Positions 14,643 through 28,632 of a DNA stretch of 64,000 bases are shown in pieces. The notes beneath the pieces were generated by a model. The model was not told the DNA's origin. It made no database searches and saw only the letters and a program-made list of their open reading frames with translations. The number at the start of each line of letters is the position of its first letter. The first letter of the stretch is position 1. Made by a program: the position numbers and the translations under genes. This DNA is from Neocallimastix sp. 'constans'. Its lineage: Eukaryota. Where the stretch lies: contig JBODTK010000137.1 in NCBI GenBank assembly GCA_050613775.1, positions 124,001 to 188,000 on the forward strand, read 5' to 3'.

Positions 14643-15101
14643 TGATTAAAATTTATACAGTGAATATATATATAATTTTATAAATAAATAATCAATAATA
14701 TTCATATTAATAACTTAATACCACTAATAATACTATTATTTGATTTTAAACATTTTCATCTAAATTAATTATTGTGTTTATAATTTCAAATAATTTTTTT
14801 TTTTACAGCTTATATTGCATAATAATTATTTTAAATTAACATATATAAATAATAAAATTAAAAACAGAAAATAATAAATAAAAAAAAAAAAAATATTGCA
14901 CAATTATATACATAATTAGTTTTATATATATAATTTTCTTAATTTTTCAAAAATATTTGTCATTAAGTTATTATTATTTTTTTTTTTCATTTTATTTTTA
15001 TTTATATACTTAAATTTATATTTATTTTTATTTTTATTTTTATTTTTATTTATTTTTTATTATTTATTTTTTTTATTTTAATTTTAATTTATTTTTAATT
15101 T

Positions 15102-15140
<39 letters not shown>

Positions 15141-15489
15141 TATTTTATTAAAATTTTTATTTTTGAATTTTCTTTTAATAATATGATATTTCAAATGATT
15201 TTATTATTATTATTATTATTATTATTTTATAATGCTAATAAAAAAAAATTATCAACATATTATTTAAATATATTAAATTTACTAAAAAAAAAAAATAATA
15301 TGCAAATATAAGATAAATAACAATTGAATAACTTTTTTTTACATGATTTTAAATTTTATATGGTATTTGTTATAAAAAAAAAAAATATTACAATGAAATA
15401 ATATTAATTTTAAATAATATTAATTTTATATATTAAAAAATATGGATGTACGATATTCTTCTTTTAAATATGTATATATATAATAAAAT

Positions 15490-17750
15490 TTAAGCATAAT
15501 ACTGTAAAAGTGTTTTCTTTTTTGCAATAACTTCTTGTATACCTATTTATTATATATAAATAATACAAAAAAAAAAAAAAGTAATATCATTTTTATTGTT
15601 ATTTAAAGTGATTTTTAATTAAATTTCTTGTTATTTACGAATAAAATTATAAATTACCATCCATAAAATCTTCATGACAAAGTTCTGATGCACCACGTCT
15701 TAATGCAATCATACCAGCTTCAACACAAACAGCCTTTAATTGAGCACCATTAAACTCATCAGTACAACGAGCTAATTCTTCAAAGTTAACATTTTCATTA
15801 ATTGTCATTTTTCTTGAATGAATCTGGAGAATACGAGCTCTTGCTGGTTCAGTTGGTAATGGGAATTCAATCTTACGATCTAAACGTCCAGAACGTAATA
15901 ATGCAGGATCAAGAATATCCACACGATTTGTGGCAGCAATAACCTTTAAATAAATAATGAAAATATTTAAGAAATATATATTATTTAATGTATTTTTAAT
16001 ATTTTTATTTACCTTAATACGTTCATCACTACTGAAACCATCTAATTGATTTAATAATTCCAACATTGTACGTTGAACTTCACGATCACCAGCCTTTTCA
16101 CTGTCAAAACGCTTGGTACCAATAGCATCTAATTCATCAATAAAAATAATTGCTGGAGATTTTTCTTTTGCTAAATTAAATGCATCACGAACTAACTTTG
16201 CACCGTCCCCAATAAACATCTTTCATTAATTTAAAAATAATAATAAAATTTTAATATTATTTAATTCATTTATTCTTTTAATTATATATTTTATAGTTAA
16301 TTAGAAATAAAATAATATAAAATTACTTGAACTAATTGTGGACCAGCTAACTTTAAGAAAGTTGAATTTGTTTGTGCTGCACACGCCCTGGCTAAAAGAG
16401 TTTTACCAGTACCAGGTGGACCATACATTAAAACACCTATTAAAGTATATAAAATAGTATTTTATTAAATTTATTAAATTATTTAAATTATTTAATTTTA
16501 GTTTTATTTCTATGGACATATATATTTTTTTAACTTACCTTTTGGAGGTTTAATTCCTAAATTAATGAAACGATCCATATGTGTCATTGGTAAAACAACA
16601 GCTTCAACCAATTCTTCAATTTGCTTATCAAGACCACCAATATCACTGTAATCTTCTGTGGGTTTTTCGTCAACTTCCATAGCCTTTACGCGAGAATCAA
16701 ATTCAGAAGGTAAAGCATCAAGGATTAAATAACTATCCTATTAATGTAAAAAAAAAAATAAAAAAATTAATATATAATACAGCATAATAATTTTATTTAA
16801 TATTTAATATAAATTTATTTTATCCTTTGTTAAAAAATTACTTAATTATTTAGCATTTACTTTATTAACACCAACAAGATCCCCTGGTTTTAAAGTTTCC
16901 ACATCGACTAAACCAATCATTGGTAAAAATATAGTCTTTATGAAAAATATTACATAATAATAATAACCATTATATTAATTTTTTGATTTGTTTTATATGA
17001 ATATTCTTTAAATAAATTATTTAAAATTCATTAATTCTATTATATTTATTATTTACTTGACGAGTAGATGCTTTAATTACTGCACATTTTCCTTTGCGAT
17101 GATCATCTAAATCTACATTTGCACCGTCTTCTTCAGGTTCGTCATCAGGGTTCATATCCAAAATCTTATTACATTCAAAAATAAATTTTATTTACAATTA
17201 TTATTTATAAAAGATTACATATTTATATTTATATTAATATATTAAATAAATTATATATATATATATACTTCTAAAACATTTCCAACTAAGTAAGGAAGCT
17301 GTTTATTCATTTTAATTTTATTTTGATTATCCTTTATTTTTTCTTTCATTGCATTTTGTTCATGAGTTAACCGTGTTTGTTCACTCTTCATTACCTAACA
17401 ATTTTAATATTATATAACATATAAATTTAATTATTAAAAAGTATAAGTTTTATACTATTATATTAAATTTAATTTTTCCATTTTTATTTTAATATATACT
17501 AATAATTATTTTCATGCATTTATATATTTAATTAAATTATCATTAATATTAATATATGATCAATAAAACAATTGATATTTTATTTTCAATTTTTTTCAAT
17601 ATTTAAAATATTAATATTTTTATTATTATTCAAAAAAGAAGTAAAAAAAGAAAAAAAAAAAGTGTGATATATTTTTACTAATTTTTTTAATACTCGGAAA
17701 ATAAAAGCTAAAATAAAAATATATTACTATTTCTTTTTATTTCTGTATTC

Positions 17751-17810
<60 letters not shown>

Positions 17811-17996
17811 TAGAATATAATGGTAATTTTAATATTATATATATATTAAAAATATTAATAATACTTTAATATCATTTTCAAGAAGTTTGGTCCTATTTAT
17901 AATATCATCAGTACTTGATCTTAAGATTTCGGCACCTAAATCTTCAAGGTCATCAGCACCTTCCCATATACTCTTGTCTTCAAGTTGCGTAGTCAT
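15490..17996 (-). CDS. RPT5: 26S proteasome regulatory ATPase subunit 6A (multi-exon)
   Basis: Starts MTTQLED. Exons encode [23 protein letters not shown], Walker A GPPGTGKT, Walker [58 protein letters not shown] and C-terminal LQYYA* (HbYX). Confidence 0.97.
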
Positions 17997-18534
17997 TTTG
18001 AATGTTACTATATTAAATAAATATATATATTTAAACACAATAAAAATTATTATTAAAATTTTATTTTTAATCTAAATTAAAATTTTATTTTTAATATCTC
18101 TATTTAAAGATAAATTTTTTAGAAATTCATTGTAAATATTTTTATGTTTGAATTTCTATTAAATTCAAGTATCTTCCAAAGGAATAATTTTCCTTTGATG
18201 TATATATCATTTATGTACAATATTCTATAATAATAATAATATGAAAATTAAAATTTAATATTATTTATTATTTTTATTTTTAAAAATGAAAAAATATTTA
18301 CTTTTTTAAACAATAATATATTTTATAGTATTTTTGTTATTATTTATAATTGATTTTATTTTTTAATGAAAAATATTCTTTATATCTCTTCAAAAAAAAG
18401 TTTCATATAATTAAAATAAATATATAATTAAAAATAAAAGAAAAAAATATATATATATTATTTGTATATTTAATATTTATAAATTAAATTAAAACTTTAT
18501 ATATATTTCTTTTAAATATATTCTTTTTATTGTT

Positions 18535-18705
18535 ATATTTATTATTTATTATTTATTATTTATTATTTATTATTTATTATCTATTATTTATTATTTATTA
18601 TTTATTATTTATTATTTATTATTTATTATTTATTATTTATTATTTATTATTTATTATTTATTATTTATTATTTATTATTTATTATTTATTATTTATTATT
18701 TATTA
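18535..18705. repeat. (TTATTTA)n heptamer microsatellite
   Basis: Long near-perfect array; it produces the spurious LLFIIYY ORF. Confidence 0.9.
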
Positions 18706-18848
18706 TTATTATTATTTATTAATAATATTTTAAAATAATAAATTAAAAATTAGAATTTTTTAATACTATAAAATATATAAAGTATCTTTAAATTTTCATA
18801 AATAATAATAGTAGTTATAATTTAAAATAGAAAAGGCTTAAATTAATT

Positions 18849-18888
<40 letters not shown>

Positions 18889-19716
18889 AAGTTATATGAA
18901 GTAAATAAAACCTAGAACCTCAATATAAAATATATTATTTATGGTAATTAATGAATTGATTCAAATTAAAATATAATAAAATAATATGTATTCATAAAAA
19001 AAAAGAATATCTCAATCTCAATTTTTTTATATTTAAATTCAAATTTCAAAGAATTTTGAAACATTTGACAGTTATATCGATTTTTTTTTTTTTTTTTTCT
19101 TTAAAAAAAAAAAAAAAATAATGAATAATTAATTAATCGTTAATGAACGTTAATAAGTTTTTAAAATTAATCAATTTTTAAAATGTTAATCAATTTTAAA
19201 TATTAATCAATTTTAAATGTTTATCAATTTTAAATGTTAATCAATTTTAAATGTTAATCAGTTTAAAAATATTAATAAATTTTGGGTTTTAATCTATTTA
19301 ATATTATTAATAATTATAAAATTATAATTATTTAAAATTTAAAAAAATTTATGCGAAATGTCAATTAAAAAATATATATTAAATTAATGATATATATATA
19401 TATACAAAAGAAGAGAGGAGTAAGAAATGATAAGCATGTTTAATAATAGATTTCATTCAATATTTCAAATTTTAATTTACATTTATTATTAAATAAAAAT
19501 GATATAAAAATTAATCTAATAAATGTAACTAAAAATAAATTCTGTTATTTTGATTATCCAATGAAAGATAATTTTTTTTTTTTTTTTAATTATTAAATGA
19601 TTTTTATATGAAAATTTATTATTTTAAAATGTTAATATTTAATTATAAATTTATAATTTATATATAGAAATTTTTATGCTAATAATATTTTATTTTTTTT
19701 TTTTTTTTTTTTTTTA

Positions 19717-19754
<38 letters not shown>

Positions 19755-20169
19755 TTGAATAAATCAAAATAAATAATAAATTTTCAAATGAATTTGCAAA
19801 AATGAATTTATATAATTAATCTATATATCAATTTTAATCTAGTCATAAGGTATATATATAAAGTATATATATATAAAGTATAATTGGAAAAATAGTAACG
19901 TTTTATTAAAATAATCAATTATATGGATAGAAATAAATAAAAAAAATAACTATTTGTATTATCAAAATAATAAGGTATGATATAAAATTTAATATATATA
20001 TATTATTTAATTTATATATATATTATATTATTAATTTACAAATATATAAAAAAAAAGGAAAAAAAAAAATATTAATTTTTAAAATATTAAAACTCTCAAT
20101 TTTATTTTATTGTACTATATACTATATAATTATATATTTAATATTAAGACCAAGTAGCATTATACCCAA

Positions 20170-22876
20170 ATGAGTACTAATGTAAATATTATGAGAATAG
20201 CAAAACTTTTTTTAATTCTATTTCTAAAAGTAAAAAATAATTTTGAAAATGTATTTTTTCATTAATTATTAATTTTTTATTATTATTGTTATTATTGTTA
20301 TTATTATTATTTAATTTTGTTTTATATTGTATTATTTTATTTTTTTTTTTTTTTTTGTTTTTGTTTTTATTTTTTTTATTATATTTGTTTTTTGTATTTG
20401 TTTTTATGTTGATTCAAAAGATAAATGAATCCTCAGATTTTATAAAAAAATCACCAACTATATTTCGAGATCAGATTAAATATTGTAATACCATGCTCAA
20501 GGCCTTACGACGTCATCCTGATTCTGGTCCTTTTCTTGATCCTGTTGATCCCGTTGCTCTTAATGTACCCGATTATTATAATATTATAAAAAATCCTATG
20601 GATTTAACAACTTTGCAAACAAATTTAAATTCTGGAAAATACAATGATAATCCAGATTTATTTATATACGACACACGATTAATCTTTTCAAATTGTTATA
20701 CATATAACGGCATAAATTCTCAAATATCAGGAATGGCAAAAACTTTAGAAAAAGTATTTGATAATATGCTAAAAAAAATGCCGAAAAAGGTAAAATATAT
20801 AGTATTGAATAATGCATTTTAATAGTACTCTAAAACATTTTAAATAATTTTATTAATACAAGTTATATAAAATTTAAATTTATATTTTATTCAAACTTTT
20901 GCTTTATTTAAAACTTCCAGGAGTACCGTTCATCTTATGGATCAAAATCAAAATTTATTCATTCAAATTCATCAAAAAACCACCCAAAAAAAGTTGCATT
21001 AAAAGGCGAATTAAAATTTTGCAAAGAAGCTATTAATGAAATGTTGAAAAAGAAATACTCAAATATTAATATTGCATTTCTTCAACCAGTTGATCCTATA
21101 GCATTAGGTGTTCCTGATTATTATACTATTATTACAAATCCTATGGACTTATCCACTTTACGAAAAAAATTAGAAAATGGTGAATATGAAACGGCCGATC
21201 AATTTGAACATGATTGCAGACTTATTTTCTCAAATTGTTATACATATAATCGACCAGATTCAGAAGTATATAAAATGGGTCAAAGTCTTGAAGAAGTTTT
21301 TAATAATAAATGGAAACATCGACCAATAAGTAAAGATTCATTATCAGGTAATTTTTAAAAAGAATATTTTAAATCAAGTAATTTTTATATTTTATATAAT
21401 TTTAATTAATAATATTATTATTATTTTAAAAGATAAAAAACACAATAAAAAAAAGGATAATCAATATATAATATCACCTAATGTTACATCACCAACAACT
21501 AATCATAAAGCAATACATCATTCTTCATTAAATAAATCATCAACAGTTAGGATTGAAACAAATGAATATTCATCAGAATCAGATTTTTCAAATGATTCAG
21601 ATAAAGATCAAAATAATAAAATGGAAAGAATTGAACGGAATTCTAAAAATTTAAATGTTGTAAAAGATAGAAAAGAAGCCGAGAAAAAAGAATATAATGA
21701 ATATAATGAATATGAAGAAGATAGTGATGAAGAGTATAGTGATGAAGAAGAAGAAGATAAAAATGCAGGTAAAAAGAATAAAAATAAATTATATTATTAA
21801 TATTATTATTGATATGGGAATAAGCTATTTCAATATCAACGAAAATGAACTAGTTTTATATTTATTTTTATATATATATATATATATTTTTTTTTTCTTT
21901 AATAAAATACAGAAAATTTAAAACGAGAAATAAATCAACTTCAAAAAACACTTCAAATTTGTACCGAGAGATTATCATTATTACTCGAAAAAAAGTCACA
22001 AGCTGTAGCAAGAAAAGCTAAAAAAGAGAAAAAATTAAAATTACCTGGAAAAGCAAATAAAATTACAAAACAGAAAATGCCAAAATTGAAAACTTCAAAA
22101 ATGACAAAGCCATTAAAAATGTCAAAATCAATAAAATCAACAAAAGATATAGAGGAAAACAATGAAAAAGTATATCATACAAACAAAGCCAAATCACCGA
22201 AAAAAGTTGATTTGAAGCCAAAGCAATCTAGGCAATCGAAATATAAATTAAAACGAAAGAATGAGAAAGAAGATAGTGAAACTGAACTTGAAAAAATACC
22301 TGTAATAACAATGGAGCAAAAGAAAGAATTGAGTGAAAGTATAAATAGTCTACCTCCAGAAAAGTTGGGGGAAGTGGTCCAAATTATACAAGAAGCTATG
22401 CCATTAGTATGATCATTATATAATTTAATAAATCTATTATGAATACAATTAATAATTGCTAACATTATAATTATAATTTATATAAATATTAATTATTAAA
22501 TATGTAGGAAACTGGACAAGAAGAAATTGAACTTGATATAGATTCATTTGATCCAACAACACTCTACAGATTATATCGTATTGTTGTGAAGAATAAACCA
22601 GATATTCCTCTTTCTAAACGAAGAAAAATTCAAAAAACATATTCCAAACAAAGAAGTAAACAAAATATAAACCAATGTAAGTTCCTTCTCTATATTTATT
22701 ACAATTTTGACAAATAAAAAATAAAAAAAAAAAATTAAATTAATAAATAATATTATTGTTTTTATAATATTTATTAATTTAAATTATTATTAGCAAATGC
22801 AAATTTAGAAGAATTATCATCCAGTAGTTCATTATCAGATTCAGATTCAGATGATACAAGAAGTAGTAGCAATTAA
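20170..22876 (+). CDS. BDF1: BET-family protein: two bromodomains plus ET domain and Ser/Asp tail (multi-exon)
   Basis: BD1: PFLDPVDPVALNVPDYYNIIKNPMDL...FSNCYTYN. BD2: AFLQPVDPIALGVPDYYTIITNPMDL...FSNCYTYN. ET: ITMEQKKELSESINSLPPEKLGEVVQII...EEIELDIDSF. The start (ATG 20170, 12-nt coding exon MSTN) is the least certain part. TAA at 22874-22876. Confidence 0.92.
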
Positions 22877-22979
22877 ACTTCGTGAAACATATGTATATAC
22901 TAAATAATAATAATAATAATAATTTAATATATCATCGAGTCTTTTTTTTTTTTTTTTTTTTTTTTTTTGTTAAAAATTG

Positions 22980-23014
<35 letters not shown>

Positions 23015-23386
23015 ACATATTTAAAGTAATTTAATGGGAAAATACACAAGTTTATACAATGATTACAGTAACAATATCTACTTTTTTTTTTTTTTTTTCT
23101 TTCTTTCTTTCTCTTTTTCTTATTATTATTACAATAATTGTTATTATAACTGTTATTGTTATAATTATTTCTTTAGTAATTGTCAATCTAATAAAACACT
23201 AAAAATAATAATAACATTATTATTATTTAAATCGTAATAATTATAGAATAAATTTAATACATTATCATCATATATATTAATGGAAAATAGTAATATTTTA
23301 ATAATAGACTTCTTGTTTAAATATATAAAATTGTTTAATTTAAGCCTTTTATATGTAATATTTAAAATGTTAAATATTTGAGAAAA

Positions 23387-23440
<54 letters not shown>

Positions 23441-24229
23441 CAAAATAATAATAAATTTAAATAACAAAATAAGTAAATCAATTTATAAACAAATGCTATT
23501 AAATACTTCAAAAATAATAATTATATCTTAATTTATATAATAACTGATATTATTAAAAATTTTAATTCCAAGCTATAAAAGTGTATTATCTTTTCATACA
23601 TATTTCATACATATACATATATTAATCTAAAAAAATATTTTTTAATTTTATTTTTTATTGTAATAATTATAGTTATTGTTTCATATTGTTCTTTTTGTTT
23701 GAAATTTATTTTTCAATATTAATAAAACAAAAAAAAATTATTTTATTATAAATTTGTATATTAACAATTTTTTCAGATTAATAGATAATATTTAATAATT
23801 TTTATTTATTCATCTATTAAAAATTACTTTTTGATTATTCATTTACATATGTGTTTATTTGTTTGTTTGTTTGTTTATTTGTTTATTTATTTGTTTATTT
23901 ATTTATTTATTTATTTATTTATATTTATTTATTTATTTATTTATTTAATATTATTATTAAAAACTAAAATTTTACAGTTAATATATTATATAATGAATAG
24001 CGATATTCAAATAAAAAATAATGATACAGAAGATATAAAAACACAAGAATCAAGAAAAATATTAAATCATTCAAATGAAGAAATAATTGAGTCATCCAAA
24101 AAAGAAATCAAATATCCTCTAAATAATAATAAAAAAAATAATAATAATAAACATAAATCAATATTAATTTAATTATATTGAATTATTATTGTTATGTTTC
24201 ATCTCATATTTTTTTTTCAATTTATTAAT

Positions 24230-24544
24230 AACATAAATCACCTTTACGAGAGACTTCTTTTCCGATTTCATATTTTATGGGGCTTTGCGGAATTTCTAAC
24301 TAATGTTAAACCTATTGTAATTAGTGATTTTTATTCTATTATCAATTTGTATACGATTAAACCTACGGTTGTCAAGAGCGGTGACGTCAAAACAATTAGG
24401 TAAAGAAGAAATTCTGATACAGATTCAAATGATAATTTGTAGAGACAATTTCGTACTTGAAATTCATAATATATTTTTTAATATTAATATAAAAAAATTC
24501 ATATATTTTATATTCATGTATTACTAATCTAAAAAGATAAAATA

Positions 24545-24597
<53 letters not shown>
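24230..24597 (+). mobile_element. 5'-truncated 3'-end fragment of the same LINE family, with poly(A) tail
   Basis: WGFAEFLTNVKPIVISDFYSIINLYTIKPTVVKSGDVKTIR aligns by eye to the C-terminus of LINE B (VGIAEFLTNVIPLICRSFSLMMKWYSVESTVTKSVDVEMIR). A ~50-nt A tract ends at 24597. Confidence 0.85.
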
Positions 24598-24600
<3 letters not shown>

Positions 24601-25950
24601 GATTTTTAATAAAGTTTATCTTATTTAATTTATATTAATAAATATTGAATTAAATTAACTCCACTCATGGAACGAAAAAGATTTAATAGTAATATCTGAA
24701 ATAAATAAAAATATATATAATTAGAGAATCTGCATGAATCAGTGGTACAGATCATATTATAAAAGTTAAATTTGTATGTCTGTAAATACTCTAAGTGTAA
24801 AATTTTGAAAAAACAAAAAGTTGATGTGAATTTTCGTTAATGTTTATACACAAAAAGAAATTTTGAAATTTAAAAAAATTAATGATTAAGGTTAATAGTT
24901 GTCTAATATTGCTTAAAATAAATTTAATTATTTAAAAAATCTTTTAATTATTTAATTAAAATAATATATTTTGAAAAATTAGTGAAAATAATTTATAAAA
25001 ATATATTGAATATAAAATGAAAAGGTTTTAAATATGATATATAAACATAATAGTATTAATGAATATTAAATAAAATCAAAAAAAAAAAAAAAAAAAGTTT
25101 AACTATATAAAATAAAATTAAATCAAAATCAATCAAATTATTAATTGAATTATTAATCATCCATACTTAAATATAAAGTAGTGATGATTTGAATATATTT
25201 TTTTGAATGTGGTTCATTTCGCCAATTTTTATAATACAAATTTTCAATACGCCATTTATTTTTAATGGCTTGTAAAATTTTTTGTTAACGCCATAAAAAA
25301 TTTTAATAAAATTATATGTAAAAAAAATAAATGTATAAATAAATAAACAAATAAATAAATAAAGAAAGAATGTAATATGTATATAAAATAAAAATAAATA
25401 ATAGAATATGAATATAAAGTACAGATTGAATAAAATAAAATAAAATAAATAGTAGAATATAAATATAAGTGCAGATTGAATAAAATAAAATAAAATAAAA
25501 TAAATAGTATAATATAAATATAACTGATTTAAATAATATAATATAAATATTATTTTATAATAAATAATAAAAAATGAGGAATATCCAAACGAAATAATCA
25601 GAATTCTGTCATTTAATTTATAAAGCTTATTAAATTTATACAGTTTAAATAAATATTCAATTACGTCTCTATAATTAATAATTTTATCATTATAATTATT
25701 ATTTTTTTTAATAACATTTAAATAAAAGAATTATTATTAATAATATTTATATTTTTAATAACATTTATATTTTTATATAATTTTTTTATTAATAGCATTT
25801 AAATAAAAGAATTAAAATCATAAAATCTAACCATTATATGATTTATTTAATTATTCACTTAATAATTAATTTAAAATTTGAAATAACAAAATAATACAAT
25901 AAAATAATATTATGTAGCATAATATAGCTATAGCCACAAATTTATATATA

Positions 25951-26006
25951 TCACGTGAAAATGGCGTAATGCAACCTCCCCATTTTTTAATAAATAGTAC
26001 ACGTGA
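25951..26006. promoter_or_regulatory. Paired CACGTG E-boxes upstream of the HP1-like gene
   Basis: TCACGTGA at 25951-25958 and ACACGTGA at 25999-26006, about 210-260 bp upstream of the start, in a background almost free of CpG. Confidence 0.5.
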
Positions 26007-26214
26007 TTTGTGTTATAGATTACAAATAGTATTACAGCAAAAAAAAATAAATTAATTTTTCGTATTATATACATGAATTTTGTTAAAATTATTCATTTTA
26101 AAAGAAAGAAAATTATTTTTTTTTTTTCAAAAGTAGATATAGTTATTTTTGAGCATTTTTAATATTAATAAGTGACAAATTAAATAAAATTAATTTATTA
26201 TATATACACTGATA

Positions 26215-27964
26215 AGTAAGTGAAAGTTTTTATAATCTATATATAATTAATTACTTAATTTTCAATTTAAAATAATTATTAGATTTCGAAATTCAATTTA
26301 TTTATATATTTATATAAACAAAAATATAATTAACTTGAAAGTTCAATAAAAATAAATAAACAATATTATTATTTAAATATACATGTTCTAATAAATATTT
26401 TCATTATAATTTATCATATATAAAGTGGGAAGTAAAAAACAAACTAAACTTAAAAAAAATGATCTTATAGTAAATAGTGATTCAAATGAGTCAGATGAAA
26501 ATGTTGAGCAAGAAGAAGAATATAGTGTAGAAAAAGTTCTCGATGTTAAAATTGAAAAGGTATTAATTTATATGAATAAATTAAACAATAATTTTTATTT
26601 TAAGTTTAATTTGGAATTTTAAATATTTAAGAGTTTAATAAATACATAAAATTAAATTTTTAATTTGTATTAAATATTAAATTTATTATTATTTTTTATG
26701 AAAATATAATAATTAAAAAAAAAAAAAATTAATCTTTAATAAAAATACTTAACTAGGGTGAACGTTATTATCTTATTAAATGGGAAGGATATTCTTCTGA
26801 AGATAATTCTTGGGAACATGAAAATGATTGTGTAATTAATTATATTTAATTTTATATATTTATTTACCAACTTATTCATTTATTTATATATAAATTTATT
26901 CATTTATTTATTTCTTACGTAATATATATATATTTTTTATAAAGGATTGTAAAGATTTAATTGAAGAATTTTATAAAAATAGATATGAAAATCAAAAAAA
27001 ATTAAAAAAAGAAAAACCTGTTGTTAAAAAAGAAGCAATTAAAAGTGAAGAAGAAAGAAGTAAAAAAAGAGTAAATAAAAATATAAACTAATATTTTTTC
27101 AAATACTTTTGAAGTAAAAATTAATTAAAGATTTTAATTAATTTCAAAATTTTATTATTCGAAATTTTTTAAATGAAATAAAATTGATTCCAATGAACTA
27201 ATGTATCAATAATAATTTTATAATTAAGAAATCTCCAGAGACTTCTGAACAAAAGCAAAAAATGAGAAGATCTGTAAAATCTGTAAAAGACGAATTAATT
27301 GATTCGAAAAAAAACCAAGTAAATGAAAAGTTAAATATTTCTAAAAATAAATCTGAAGATAAAATAGGTAATTAATATATATATATATTATAATAAAAAT
27401 TATAAACAATTTAATAATAATATGATAAAGAAGAAAATTTTAAAAATTAAAAAAAAATGAATATAACAATGAAATAAAAAATGGGATATTGATATATTTG
27501 TATACTCTTATAACTTTAATATTATTATTTATTTTTATAAACAAACTTTTAATAATTATTAATATATTATTTAATTTTTCAACCTTTTATTCTAGAATTT
27601 TATAAATACTATGTTCCTGAAGGAAAACTTCCATCTTCAAAAATGAGCAAAGATTCATGGGAAAATTTAATTGATTGTATTGAATCTATTGAGGAATCAG
27701 ATGAAGTAGTTAATAAAAAAGATAAACATGATATCATACGGTTAAAGGTTTATGTTCGTTGGAAAGACGGTGTACGAAGTGTTCATAGTAATCAAGTTAC
27801 AAATAATAAATGTCCAAAGAAGGTACAATAATAATAACAAATAATGAAAAAATTTAATATATAAATATTTATATATTAAATCTTTTTTTTTTTAAAATTT
27901 TAAAATTTAATAGATGATAGAATTTTATGAAAACCATATTCGATTCTTAAAAAATCAAAATTAA
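26215..27964 (+). CDS. swi6: HP1/Swi6-like chromodomain plus chromo-shadow domain protein (multi-exon)
   Basis: Chromodomain EEEYSVEKVLDVKIEK/GERYYLIKWEGYSSEDNSWEHENDC. Shadow domain SWENLIDCIESIE...LKVYVRWKDG...NNKCPKK/MIEFYENHIRF. TAA at 27962-27964. The start codon is inferred as A(26215)+TG(26426-26427). Confidence 0.9.
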
Positions 27965-28240
27965 ATTAACATAAATGGATATAAAAAAAATCAAATTTTA
28001 ACTATAATGAACCTATATTTATTATTATAATATTTAAAAATAAAATTAAAAATAAAATTAAAAATTAAAAAAATAAAATGAAATGAAATACTTTTTGTTT
28101 TTAACTAAATATTAAGATTACAATATGAAATAATAAATATAATAACAATAATGTAATTTTTTCAACTTAATAATGGATTTAAATTTTTTTTTTAAATTGA
28201 TTGATTTATTTTTATATATTTATTATTATTATTATTATTA

Positions 28241-28353
<113 letters not shown>

Positions 28354-28472
28354 GATTTTCAAACTAAAATTTTGGCTTTTCTAAAAATTATTATTATAAT
28401 TTATTGAATTAAATAATTGACGTTAATGTAAATAAATTAAATATATTATTACAATTTATTATATTTCAAGTA

Positions 28473-28508
<36 letters not shown>

Positions 28509-28632
28509 ATTGATACATAAATATTTCCTATTTTATGATTGTCTATTGTAAATTTTAATATTTGTAATTAAATATTAAATCTATAATATTCTATCTATTA
28601 TTAAGTATATATATATATATATATATATTTAT

